DNA of 32,000 nt, from positions 1,590,001 to 1,622,000 of the forward strand of contig NZ_LT671858.1 in assembly GCF_900083515.1 (NCBI RefSeq), written 5' to 3'. The DNA is from Cuniculiplasma divulgatum. GTDB lineage: Archaea > Thermoplasmatota > Thermoplasmata > Thermoplasmatales > Thermoplasmataceae. Below are positions 1 through 7,822 of this stretch, one piece after another. The notes below the pieces were generated by a model, which ran no database searches, had not been told where the DNA came from, and saw nothing but the letters and a program-made list of their open reading frames with translations. How positions within the stretch are numbered: the stretch's first letter is position 1; each line of letters opens with the position of its first letter. The translations under genes were made by a program, and so were the position numbers.

Positions 1-242
1 GCCATGCAGTCCAGAAGGGCAGTTTCTGCAAAGGGTGGACCCATGGTTATAACTGTGATATGGGTTTCAGGATTTTTATCCTTTATGAGGAGAGCCTGTT
101 CCACTGCATTTTCATCTGCTGGATTTATTACATTCCTTGCTGCACCCCTGTTGAGAGTGAATGTAACAGGATCTATAACGACCTCTGAACTGTCAGGTAC
201 CTGTTTTATCATAACTATTATTTCCAGTGCCATTTTGATCAT
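1..242 (-). CDS. etfB: Electron transfer flavoprotein beta subunit (EtfB/FixA), N-terminal ~80 codons; the gene runs off the left edge
   Basis: Absent from the ORF track because it has no stop inside the window. My reverse-strand translation from the ATG at 242-240 gives MIKMALEIIVMIKQVPDSSEVVIDPVTFTLNRGAARNVINPADENAVEQALLIKDKNPETHITVITMGPPFAETALLDCM. This carries EtfB hallmarks (IKQVPD, INPxDENAxEQAL, MGPPxAE). The ATG overlaps the fixX stop (ATGA at 239-242). An alternative ATG lies at 233. Confidence 0.85.
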   Translation of the reverse strand, partial: MIKMALEIIVMIKQVPDSSEVVIDPVTFTLNRGAARNVINPADENAVEQALLIKDKNPETHITVITMGPPFAETALLDCM

Positions 243-514
243 CCGTATTTGTATTTTACCCCATGACCGCCCTTTGTGTTTGTCCACAGGACGCTTCCGT
301 GGGAACATGCAATATCACAGGTCCCGCATTCTACACAGTCCTCATACTTGAAATTCAACTGACCTTCTATGAGCGTATAGCATTTTGCAGGGCATGCAAA
401 TGTGCAGAAATGGTCCGGGCACACTGCACAGATATCATGGTTCACTGTGATATGCTCATAGGACTTGTCAATCTTGTAATTCAACAACGATAATCTGTCT
501 TCTATTTTTGTCAT
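239..514 (-). CDS. fixX: Ferredoxin-like protein FixX (ETF-quinone oxidoreductase partner)
   Basis: 91 aa with Cys clusters CAVCPDHFCTFACPAKCY and CVECGTCDIAC, typical of FixX. It starts 1 nt after the fixC stop and overlaps the etfB start. Confidence 0.85.
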   Translation of the reverse strand: MTKIEDRLSLLNYKIDKSYEHITVNHDICAVCPDHFCTFACPAKCYTLIEGQLNFKYEDCVECGTCDIACSHGSVLWTNTKGGHGVKYKYG

Positions 515-515
515 T

Positions 516-1802
516 TTACAACCTCTTCATCATTCTGTACATATCCACAATCATATCCTTTCTTTTCTGCCTGTTCTTCAGGGCAGATTCCATAACTATT
601 CTTGAAAGGTGTTTCTTCGGTTCTCCATTCTCTGAGAATATATTGAGCATTATCTCTTCTGCCATTGCAGGAACTGTGTTGTGAATGCTTTCACTCCATG
701 TTACCCTGTCAGAACCTTTGAAGGTTTCCATGTCTCTCAGTACAAAGGTTTTCTTAAGGGTATCTTTGTATAATTCATATCTGTCTGCTGATGTGCTTCC
801 CTTTGTTGCAATATATGCATCTGCTGCTGCAATTCCTGAAACAATGGCATAGTTCATTCCCTGAAGCACGAGTCCGTTACTGAACGTAAATCCTGCTGCA
901 TCACCGGCAATCATGTATCCATTACCATAAATCTGATCTACGGATTGCCCGGCCTCTGGCACTAAATGAGCGCTGTATTCTTCAACCCTTCCATCTGCAA
1001 GAAGTGGTGCAATGAATGGATGTTCCTTGAACTGTTCAATAATGTTGAAGGAGTAAGTTTGATTATTTTTTCTTAGATCCTCCATTGAAATAACCGCGCC
1101 AATGGATATGGATTCCTTATTTGTATACAGGAAACCTCCTGCCTTTACTCCACCCTCAAGAAAGCCGAGAACATATTCAGATGCATATCCTCTCTTTGCG
1201 CTTGTCAGGTTGAATCTTTCGGTGATGGTCTTTTCAGGTAGTTTTATAACCTCTTTCACACCGATTGCCATATGCCTGTCATCTGGTTTTTTCTTAATCC
1301 CAGAATCAATGGCTACCCTTGAATTTGCACCCTCAGCAAGGATCACAGTATCAGCTGTAACAGTTTCACCGTTTTGCATCACGCCTGTTACCTTCTTTCC
1401 TTCCATTGCCAGTTTATCCACTGTAACACCTGATACAACCATTACACCTGCATCCTTTGCCTTTTTTGCAAGCCATGCATCAAACTTTGTCCTCAGTACG
1501 GTGTAACCGCTCTTTACCTCACCAAATTTTGTTGATCTGAAATCCAGGGCAATTTTTGAATCCTTTGTAAGAAAAGTAACACCCTTTGCCTCAACGTATC
1601 TTTCAAGCATATTGCTTTTTTCCCAGTCGGGTATGACCTGACCCAGGGAATCACCCCAGAGTACTCCTCCCGATACATTTTTGCTTCCTGGGGGATCTGC
1701 CCTGTCTATAAGTAAAACGTTGGCCTTAGCAGAAGCTAACCTTATGGCTGCTGCAGAACCGGCTGGTCCGGCACCAACTACGATGACATCAAACTCACTC
1801 AT
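516..1802 (-). CDS. fixC: Electron transfer flavoprotein-quinone oxidoreductase FixC (FAD-dependent)
   Basis: 428 aa. N-terminal FAD fold DVIVVGAGPAGSAAAIRLA, internal GDAAGF motif, and a fixX gene immediately downstream. Confidence 0.9.
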   Translation of the reverse strand: MSEFDVIVVGAGPAGSAAAIRLASAKANVLLIDRADPPGSKNVSGGVLWGDSLGQVIPDWEKSNMLERYVEAKGVTFLTKDSKIALDFRSTKFGEVKSGYTVLRTKFDAWLAKKAKDAGVMVVSGVTVDKLAMEGKKVTGVMQNGETVTADTVILAEGANSRVAIDSGIKKKPDDRHMAIGVKEVIKLPEKTITERFNLTSAKRGYASEYVLGFLEGGVKAGGFLYTNKESISIGAVISMEDLRKNNQTYSFNIIEQFKEHPFIAPLLADGRVEEYSAHLVPEAGQSVDQIYGNGYMIAGDAAGFTFSNGLVLQGMNYAIVSGIAAADAYIATKGSTSADRYELYKDTLKKTFVLRDMETFKGSDRVTWSESIHNTVPAMAEEIMLNIFSENGEPKKHLSRIVMESALKNRQKRKDMIVDMYRMMKRL

Positions 1803-2354
1803 TAAACCTACCTGTTATCTGTTAATTACTCCTGACGTAATAACTGTTTTCCAAATATTTAAATCGTTTCGTATAACTAGCGCTTACAATTGTTCTGATA
1901 AACCATCAACTAAGATTCAACGCTTAGAAATTATTGAATGACAATTAACAAACTTCTAGCAGTGTCATGAATCTGATTGACAGAATTTGTAAGATTAATT
2001 ATACTTTTTTAAAATCTAACTGAAATAGAAAATTGATATTAAATAATGATTTCTAAAGAAAGGCGCGTACACTATTAGCTCATGCTGAGTAAGGAAGATA
2101 TTAAGGGACATGACCCATCTACTATCATATACATTGTGAACAAAATTTCTGCAGTGCAAAATTCATTCGGCAATTCCCTGATGTGGAAAATTTGTCGTTA
2201 AATAAAATCCATTTATGCTCTGTGTTTAAAATATTATTTTCTTGAGTTCAAATTGGAGTTATTGATAGAAAAAGCTCATGAAGCAATCTCGAAAATTAGC
2301 ATTGCCTGAAACTTAACAGAATGACTTCATTCCATTTATCTATTAAATCTATTG

Positions 2355-2368
2355 AAAGTATTATTTAG
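2355..2368 (+). promoter_or_regulatory. Putative archaeal BRE/TATA element for the SIR2-like cassette (leaderless-type spacing)
   Basis: aaagtATTATTTAg is centred about 24-25 nt upstream of the ATG at 2388. The same TATA-to-ATG spacing recurs at other first genes in this window. Confidence 0.3.
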
Positions 2369-2387
2369 TGATATATGATACTATTTT

Positions 2388-2669
2388 ATGGATTCGAATG
2401 AAAAAAGGATAGTCAAAGTTATTTCTATTCAACCTTTTCCAAGATCAGACACTGGAGAAAACCAGTTTCAGATTACATTTGGAAGATTTGCTCCTGTTCC
2501 AACGGAGAATATTGAGTATTTCAAATCTGACAATGCTGTTCCTCCAAAAACATTCCCAATAGTAGAGTTTGTTCTGTTTATGGAAAAAGAGGAAATTCCA
2601 TATAGAGTAGGAGAGAACTGGGAGTTAACCATCGAGGAAAAAGGAAGTTTTAGACTAAAAAAGATGTGA
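2388..2669 (+). CDS. Hypothetical small protein (93 aa), first gene of the SIR2-like cassette
   Basis: ORF with an ATG start. Its stop (2667-2669) overlaps the start region of the next ORF. I recognise no motif, and it has no TM segment or Cys. Coding status rests on operon packing and length only. Confidence 0.6.
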   Translation: MDSNEKRIVKVISIQPFPRSDTGENQFQITFGRFAPVPTENIEYFKSDNAVPPKTFPIVEFVLFMEKEEIPYRVGENWELTIEEKGSFRLKKM

Positions 2670-3391
2670 TTATGCTTCACGAACTGGCAAAACTTAAAAT
2701 TTCTCCAATACCTTTCAAAAGTAATTCTGGTTATTCAGCTCCAAGCAAAAGAAATCTGGAAAAAAGATATGGGAGAGATAGAGAAGAAAATGAAAATTAC
2801 GCCATGAGATCAGTATCTTATTCTGGTCTGATAAATTCGGAAATGCAAAGAGTGACCAAACCATATCTCAGAATAGATCGAACTCAAAGAAAATATGGAA
2901 GTAATATAATGGAAACAGGTCATATCAAGGTATCAAATTTCCTCGGGGAGATTTCAAATGAGGACCTTCTGAGCTACTCAACAATTAATCCTTTTATGCA
3001 AAAATTTTTGCAAAGTAACCATGTTATTCTCATATCAATTGATGATAAAAATAAACTCCTTGACGTGAAGGATTTGAAGTCAATGATAATTACTCAAAAA
3101 TTAAATAACGCCCTCACAAGTAAATTTGAATCAATATTGTATAGGGATATCAATAGTAAAGCACAAAAGAATGTTTATCAGATTGACGCAATTATAAAAC
3201 AAAAAATGGATTATATGCTAAAAGAGAAGACTTTCAAAGCATATCTAGAAGTAGAAGCTATTTTAGAATACTCTAAGCTCCACAGCGAATTGTGGCAAAA
3301 ATTCGATAATAAGGAGATTGATTTCGACACTTTGCTTAGAGAATCTCAGGAAAAATACAATTTAATTTTATCAGATTTGAAAGTTGATTGA
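2666..3391 (+). CDS. Hypothetical protein (241 aa), second gene of the SIR2-like cassette; basic N-terminal region and K/E/L-rich, probably coiled-coil C-terminal half
   Basis: Start is GTG at 2666 (4-nt overlap with the upstream stop) or ATG at 2672. The stop TGA at 3389-3391 is directly followed by the ATG of the SIR2 gene. I could not see a Walker A, TIR-like, nuclease or TM motif. Confidence 0.65.
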   Translation: MIMLHELAKLKISPIPFKSNSGYSAPSKRNLEKRYGRDREENENYAMRSVSYSGLINSEMQRVTKPYLRIDRTQRKYGSNIMETGHIKVSNFLGEISNEDLLSYSTINPFMQKFLQSNHVILISIDDKNKLLDVKDLKSMIITQKLNNALTSKFESILYRDINSKAQKNVYQIDAIIKQKMDYMLKEKTFKAYLEVEAILEYSKLHSELWQKFDNKEIDFDTLLRESQEKYNLILSDLKVD

Positions 3392-4360
3392 ATGGATTTT
3401 AGTTACTTAGGCAACAGATTATCTAAGGATATTGAGGGTGAACTGAGTGAGTATCTACCAGATTATCCGGATATTGGATCTCTTGCCTGGATAGTAGCCA
3501 ATACAGTGATTACTGAAGTTGAAAAGAATGGATCAAATATACTTCCTATGGATGGTATTGACCCTGAGATTTATTTGTTGCTTTTAGCAAGAGAATACTC
3601 CAAAAAGATATCTGAAAGGGTTTTTAAACTAAAAAACGAGGCTAAAGGTTTTTTTCAAAGTAACTACAAAATCTTACTACTTGTTGGTGCTGGTTTATCT
3701 TACGAGGCCGGGATGCCATTAACCAGACAATTAAAGGCGATTTTGAAAGCCATTGGCATTAAAACAACTGATGATAGAAATTTGAATGAGGCATTTAAGA
3801 CAGTAAAGACGAACCCTAGTTTAGATATAGAATTCAAGAAGAGATTTAGAAATTTAATCAATCAAAAAGTTTGTGAAAATAGTTCCCACACACTGATAGC
3901 ACAAAAATTCCTGGATGGAAGTATGCAGGAAATATTTTGTTTGAACTGGGACAACTTAATAGAACAAAGTTACAATAAATTGAATGGCAGTTATCCCATC
4001 AAAAAAATATCAAGTGAAGATGATTGCCCTCAAATTAATGATTCTTTTATTCACGCACTGTGGAAATTAAATGGTGATGTAGATGAAATTGATACAACTT
4101 GGATCTATCCTGGCGAGAATGGGAGAGTGTTCAATGGTTTGGATAAATATCTAAATTTTTTATTTAAGCAAACAGAAAAAACATTTATATCCTTAGCTGT
4201 GGGATATTCTGAATCTGATGAGAATATAAATAATAGTATAGTAACTAGGATCGAAGATCATTCAGCGTTTTTTAGAATTGGAATGGACATGCGACTTTTC
4301 AATAAATACGAAAATTATTTTTTAGTTTCGGCACAGTGGATACTACCTCAACTATTATGA
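3392..4360 (+). CDS. SIR2-like (SIR2_2 / ThsA-type) domain protein, 322 aa, with a ~95-aa N-terminal extension of unknown function
   Basis: Four collinear SIR2_2 blocks with ThsA-like spacing: LLLVGAGLSYEAGMP (aa 95-109), CLNWDNLIEQ (183-192, cf. TTNYDxLIE), LWKLNGDVDE (223-232, cf. KxHGD) and ISLAVGYSESDENI (266-279, cf. VGFSxTDxN). It has no CxxC...CxxC zinc module, so it is not a canonical sirtuin deacetylase. No SLOG, TIR or other C-terminal domain follows. Confidence 0.8.
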   Translation: MDFSYLGNRLSKDIEGELSEYLPDYPDIGSLAWIVANTVITEVEKNGSNILPMDGIDPEIYLLLLAREYSKKISERVFKLKNEAKGFFQSNYKILLLVGAGLSYEAGMPLTRQLKAILKAIGIKTTDDRNLNEAFKTVKTNPSLDIEFKKRFRNLINQKVCENSSHTLIAQKFLDGSMQEIFCLNWDNLIEQSYNKLNGSYPIKKISSEDDCPQINDSFIHALWKLNGDVDEIDTTWIYPGENGRVFNGLDKYLNFLFKQTEKTFISLAVGYSESDENINNSIVTRIEDHSAFFRIGMDMRLFNKYENYFLVSAQWILPQLL

Positions 4361-4837
4361 ACATAAACATAAAAATTTAAAAAACTCAATAAAGATTATT
4401 GTTTGGATTGAGTTTGCTTAGTAATTTCTGTTACTCTTACCTGAGAACAACTCATCGCTCAATTCCTTTAGTGAGAGTTTAGGAAAATATGTAAAGATTT
4501 CATTTGACACCGCACTTCCCTTATTCTTGCATATACAAGATCACAAAAACTGTTTTTAGATGCAGAGTTCATGAAGTTTACTGGTAATTGTTTAATTTTC
4601 TATTTTTATAAATGCTTTTAATAAATGAACACGAAAGGAGTTTGTTTTGTGGATAGATTTGTTATATGATAAAGTAGGATATTCTCACGACCATAACCTA
4701 TCAAAGGTTCTCACTTACAGTAATTTCAACTAAATTAGTTAATCTTCATTTTGAAGATGCAATATATTTAAATTTTGCATCATTGGCATCAGAGAAAAAT
4801 CACTAAAAAACTTGATATGTACACTCTTATTCCAGAC

Positions 4838-4844
4838 AAAAAAA
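4838..4844 (-). terminator. Possible archaeal oligo-T terminator downstream of the ChrB-like gene
   Basis: A run of 7 A on the + strand (T7 on the minus strand) lies about 36-42 nt past the stop at 4880-4882. Confidence 0.25.
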
Positions 4845-4879
4845 GAATTACTTCTTAATATACCTCTGTTTTACAGTAA

Positions 4880-5350
4880 TTATTTTTTTGCTGAATGCTC
4901 CAGTTTCTGTCCAGATTCCACTCTTTCCTTACAGTAGGCGTACAGGGCATCGTACATTGGAAACTGCAATTTCATATTTTCCATATCATTATGAGCAATA
5001 ATTCTGAAACCCATTGCAGCTGCTTCAAGTCCTGCAGATTCCACTGGTGCATCAGGTATGGATGCATCTGCTCCCCTTACTATTTTTGCCAGATCTAAAA
5101 GAGCCCGATCCATGATGTTGTATTTTTTAATTATTGCGTCAAAACTGACGTATTCCTTTCCATTCTCCTGAAAATGCATCAGCTCAACACCTGGAAAATC
5201 GAAAGGAGTAGCATTTTCCTTTTTTGCAGTTTCCATTACCTTGTCCTTTGGAACGAAGAGAAATATAGCGTCTTTATCAACAAATCTTGAAATCAACCAT
5301 GGACATGCAATTCTATCTACTTTTGCCTTCTCCCTTGTGACCCACTTCAT
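4880..5350 (-). CDS. Chromate-resistance ChrB C-terminal-domain-like protein (Chrome_Resist family)
   Basis: 156 aa. The N-terminal WVTREKAKVDRIACPWLISRFVDKDA matches the conserved VDRxACPWLIRRFID block of ChrB-type proteins. No chrA transporter is nearby. Confidence 0.65.
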   Translation of the reverse strand: MKWVTREKAKVDRIACPWLISRFVDKDAIFLFVPKDKVMETAKKENATPFDFPGVELMHFQENGKEYVSFDAIIKKYNIMDRALLDLAKIVRGADASIPDAPVESAGLEAAAMGFRIIAHNDMENMKLQFPMYDALYAYCKERVESGQKLEHSAKK

Positions 5351-5523
5351 ATCAATCTTTTGTTCTATCTCCGTGGAGTATATAGTTATTGCTGAAAGGA
5401 TAGTATAAGCTGGGAAATACGACTATCCCAATGTTTCACTTTTATGGAACAGATATAACATGACTCTGATGATAGAACATGTTATTTGCACATCGTTTGA
5501 ATTATTATTTCCACCCTAAGGAG

Positions 5524-6687
5524 TTATTTATAATACTTCCTGTACAGTGATTCCCTGTTTAACTCTTTCAGGTTTTTAATTCCTGATAGACCCATTTCAA
5601 GATCCATCTCTGCCATCACCTGCTCAAGATATAATTCTATGCCTTCCCTGCCTGCAACTGACAGTGCATACGCGTATGGCCTTCCTATCAGTATACCACT
5701 TGCACCAAGAGCAATGGCTTTTATTGCATCTGCTGCATGCCTGAACCCACTATCAAACAGAATTTCTCCCTTTAAGTCACCACTTTCTGTAACTTCCTCA
5801 AGTGCGTCCAGCGATGATATGGCACCATCCACCTGCCTCCCACCATGGTTTGATATCACCACAGCCCTCGCTCCGGATTTGAACGCCAGCTCAACATCTT
5901 CCCTGTGGGTTATGCCCTTCAGTACTACAGGAATTTCTGTAGTACTGCATATTTCTTTGAAATCCTTCCATGAAAAAGATGGGTTTACATATACCGATGT
6001 GAATTCCATAATGGCACTTATCAAATCTTCCTCAGGTGGTTTTTCCAGTCTCTTTCGAAATTCTGGATCTGAGAAGAAGTTTGCCAGTCCCTCACCTCTG
6101 AGAAAGGGCAGGTATGCATTATTCAGATCCCGCTCTCTCCATCCAAGCATTGTTGTATCTGCAGTAACAACAATTGCCCTGTACCCTGCTTTTTCTGCTC
6201 TTTTAATGAAACTTCTAATAATGTTTTTGTCCTTTGATGGATAAAGCTGAAGCCATTTCTCCCCTTCTGGCGACTTTTTCACTATTTCTTCCATTGTAAT
6301 GGATGAAACAGTGCTGAGTATGAAAGGCATATTCATTTTTGCTGCAGCCCTTGCGCTTGCAATTTCTCCGTCTTTGTGAAGTATGGACTGCACCCCTATG
6401 GGGGCAAGTATGAATGGTGACTCACGATTTTGACCAAGAAACTCTGCCTCCATTGTTCTTTTGGAAACATCTTTCAGATATCTTGGCCTTATACGCCACT
6501 TCTTGAATGCTGATCTATTTTCATGAACGGTATCTTCATCCCCCGCTCCGCCTTCAAGATAATCCCATGCATCTTTTGTTAGTGTGCTCCTTGCCCTTTC
6601 CATCCATTCATCGACCGACTGTGGCAGCTTCCTGTTTTCTACACCTGTAAAAATCTTTGTCTGGTATTTAGTTCCCTCATCTGTCAT
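5524..6687 (-). CDS. FMN-dependent alpha-hydroxy-acid dehydrogenase/oxidase (LldD / lactate oxidase / glycolate oxidase family)
   Basis: 387 aa, with the family motif VVISNHGGRQVDG, an FMN-phosphate-binding region DSGFRHAADAIKAIALGA, and an N-terminal substrate-lid region. It has its own TATA-like box (gtatattttattta, about 6711-6724). Confidence 0.88.
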   Translation of the reverse strand: MTDEGTKYQTKIFTGVENRKLPQSVDEWMERARSTLTKDAWDYLEGGAGDEDTVHENRSAFKKWRIRPRYLKDVSKRTMEAEFLGQNRESPFILAPIGVQSILHKDGEIASARAAAKMNMPFILSTVSSITMEEIVKKSPEGEKWLQLYPSKDKNIIRSFIKRAEKAGYRAIVVTADTTMLGWRERDLNNAYLPFLRGEGLANFFSDPEFRKRLEKPPEEDLISAIMEFTSVYVNPSFSWKDFKEICSTTEIPVVLKGITHREDVELAFKSGARAVVISNHGGRQVDGAISSLDALEEVTESGDLKGEILFDSGFRHAADAIKAIALGASGILIGRPYAYALSVAGREGIELYLEQVMAEMDLEMGLSGIKNLKELNRESLYRKYYK

Positions 6688-6772
6688 TATGAATTAGTAT
6701 GCATTCCCAAGTATATTTTATTTAGGGGAAGTTATAGCTGAACTATTTCTTCACTGCGGGAATTTAAAGATT

Positions 6773-7792
6773 TCAATGCATAAGGAGGTATCTATCCCTT
6801 TCATATTCTGAAATCCTGCTGATCTGATTTTCTATGGATTTTACCTCACTGTCGAGATCAAATTTCAAATCCATATTTTCCTCTTTGAGCATAAGATATA
6901 TGGAACCAATCACTGCATGATATCCGTATAAAGGTTCAGATGGAAACATATCTGGATGCTGATCTAGTACGATTTTTCTGATTTTATCCCAGTAAATGTT
7001 TGATGCTCTGAATAATCCCCCATAGCCACTAAAATGTACCTTCTCCTCACCAAACATTGATTCCGTGAGTGATGTAATACATCTTGCTGCCTCTGCGGCA
7101 GATTCTTCCATGAGCAAAGTTGCAAGATCATCCTCTTTTTCAGCCAGTTTTGATACTATGCTGGCGAATGAAGCTATTCTTCCTATTTCAGGTGGATTTG
7201 TGTACACCTTATTCACAATCTCTTTCAGATCATTTATTTGAAAATAGTCCTTAACATAATCTGGAATATCACTTCTTATGCCTGAACGACCATCATAAAT
7301 TTTCATTGTTTCCTGCAGTGCCCTTTTTGCTATGTAAAAAGCTCCACCCTCATCGCCCAGTATCCACCCCCATCCACTGACTCTTTTGAATATGTTTCCC
7401 TTCCTTCCATAGGAAACCATTCCTGTACCTGGACATATTACTATTCCATCCATTCCTGGAAATCTGCATTCGAATCCCGCTTCTCCATCGTTAAGTACTC
7501 TTACCTTTGAAGCCCTTTCCTTATCAACGATACTTGATACAAGTTCATTTTTTAAATTTGAGTCCTTCACACCTGCCAGTGCTATGGAAAATTTTGTTAT
7601 TTCACTCTCATCCACATCTGCCCTGTGAACAGCCCTTAATATGGCTTCCCTTATGTTTTTTCCAGCTTTCTCAACTCCAGCGGTCCTGTAATTGCCTGAA
7701 CCTGAAATGCCCATTCCGTGGATAATTCCATCTTCAGAATAACAAACCGCCACGGTCTTTGTGGCACCACCATCCACGGAAATAAACATCAT
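6773..7792 (-). CDS. BadF/BadG/BcrA/BcrD-type ATPase, probable N-acetylglucosamine or N-acetylmuramic acid kinase (paralog 1)
   Basis: 339 aa. N-terminal ISVDGGATKT phosphate-1 motif, PGTGMVSYG, and GWGWILGDEGGAFYIA, typical of NAGK/MurK-like kinases. Confidence 0.8.
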   Translation of the reverse strand: MMFISVDGGATKTVAVCYSEDGIIHGMGISGSGNYRTAGVEKAGKNIREAILRAVHRADVDESEITKFSIALAGVKDSNLKNELVSSIVDKERASKVRVLNDGEAGFECRFPGMDGIVICPGTGMVSYGRKGNIFKRVSGWGWILGDEGGAFYIAKRALQETMKIYDGRSGIRSDIPDYVKDYFQINDLKEIVNKVYTNPPEIGRIASFASIVSKLAEKEDDLATLLMEESAAEAARCITSLTESMFGEEKVHFSGYGGLFRASNIYWDKIRKIVLDQHPDMFPSEPLYGYHAVIGSIYLMLKEENMDLKFDLDSEVKSIENQISRISEYERDRYLLMH

Positions 7793-7822
7793 TCTTACTG
7801 TTAACCTTCAGGAATACATAAA

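Larger units (their letters stand above)
1803..4879. other. AT-rich accessory island: SIR2-like three-gene cassette flanked by ~0.5 kb non-coding DNA on each side
   Basis: Spot G+C counts on single 60-nt lines: 3061-3120 = 20/60 and 3121-3180 = 14/60 inside the island, versus 27/60 for 1381-1440 in fixC. Non-coding stretches of 585 nt (1803-2387) and 519 nt (4361-4879) are much longer than the 30-230 nt spacers elsewhere in the window. No integrase, tRNA or flanking direct repeat was seen. Confidence 0.5.

Noticed and set aside
4-493. Plus-strand ORFs 4-351 (115 aa) and 263-493 (76 aa) from the ORF track
   Set aside because: They lie antisense to clearly recognisable etfB and fixX coding sequence. 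The translations are low-complexity, Cys/Ser/Ile-rich and have no motifs. They are shadow ORFs.
1102-1941. Plus-strand ORFs 1102-1506 and 1681-1941
   Set aside because: They are antisense shadows of fixC. The second merely runs out of fixC into the promoter region.
2468-2680. Minus-strand 70-aa ORF inside the first cassette gene
   Set aside because: It lies antisense to the 93-aa ORF, which is in operon register with the downstream genes. It has no promoter-like context or motifs. I cannot fully exclude it, because the 93-aa ORF itself has no homology support.
3392-4360. Classifying the SIR2 gene as Thoeris ThsA or as a canonical sirtuin deacetylase
   Set aside because: It has no SLOG domain and no TIR (ThsB) neighbour, so it is not Thoeris as defined. 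It has no CxxC...CxxC zinc module or sirtuin GAGISxxxGIPxFR/HG signature, so it is not a CobB-type deacetylase.
4756-4781. Inverted repeat GATGCAA-N12-TTGCATC in the spacer downstream of the cassette
   Set aside because: It is a 7-bp stem with an AT-only loop in AT-rich DNA, which is easily explained by chance. It lies about 400 nt from the SIR2 stop and about 100 nt from the ChrB-like stop, so it is not convincingly a terminator or operator.
1803-4879. Calling the island a prophage, integrative element or transposon
   Set aside because: I found no integrase, transposase, tRNA target, terminal inverted repeats or flanking direct repeats by eye. Only the composition and the long spacers are unusual.
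4880-5350. Chromate-resistance system
   Set aside because: Only a ChrB C-terminal-domain-like protein is present. There is no ChrA transporter or other chr genes in the window, so no system-level claim is justified.
5524-6687. Idea that the FMN-dependent hydroxy-acid oxidase consumes the lactate released by MurQ
   Set aside because: MurQ releases D-lactate, whereas this enzyme family is specific for (S)/L-2-hydroxy acids. The gene also has its own promoter and an 85-nt gap from the kinase gene. The adjacency is therefore not good evidence for a functional link.
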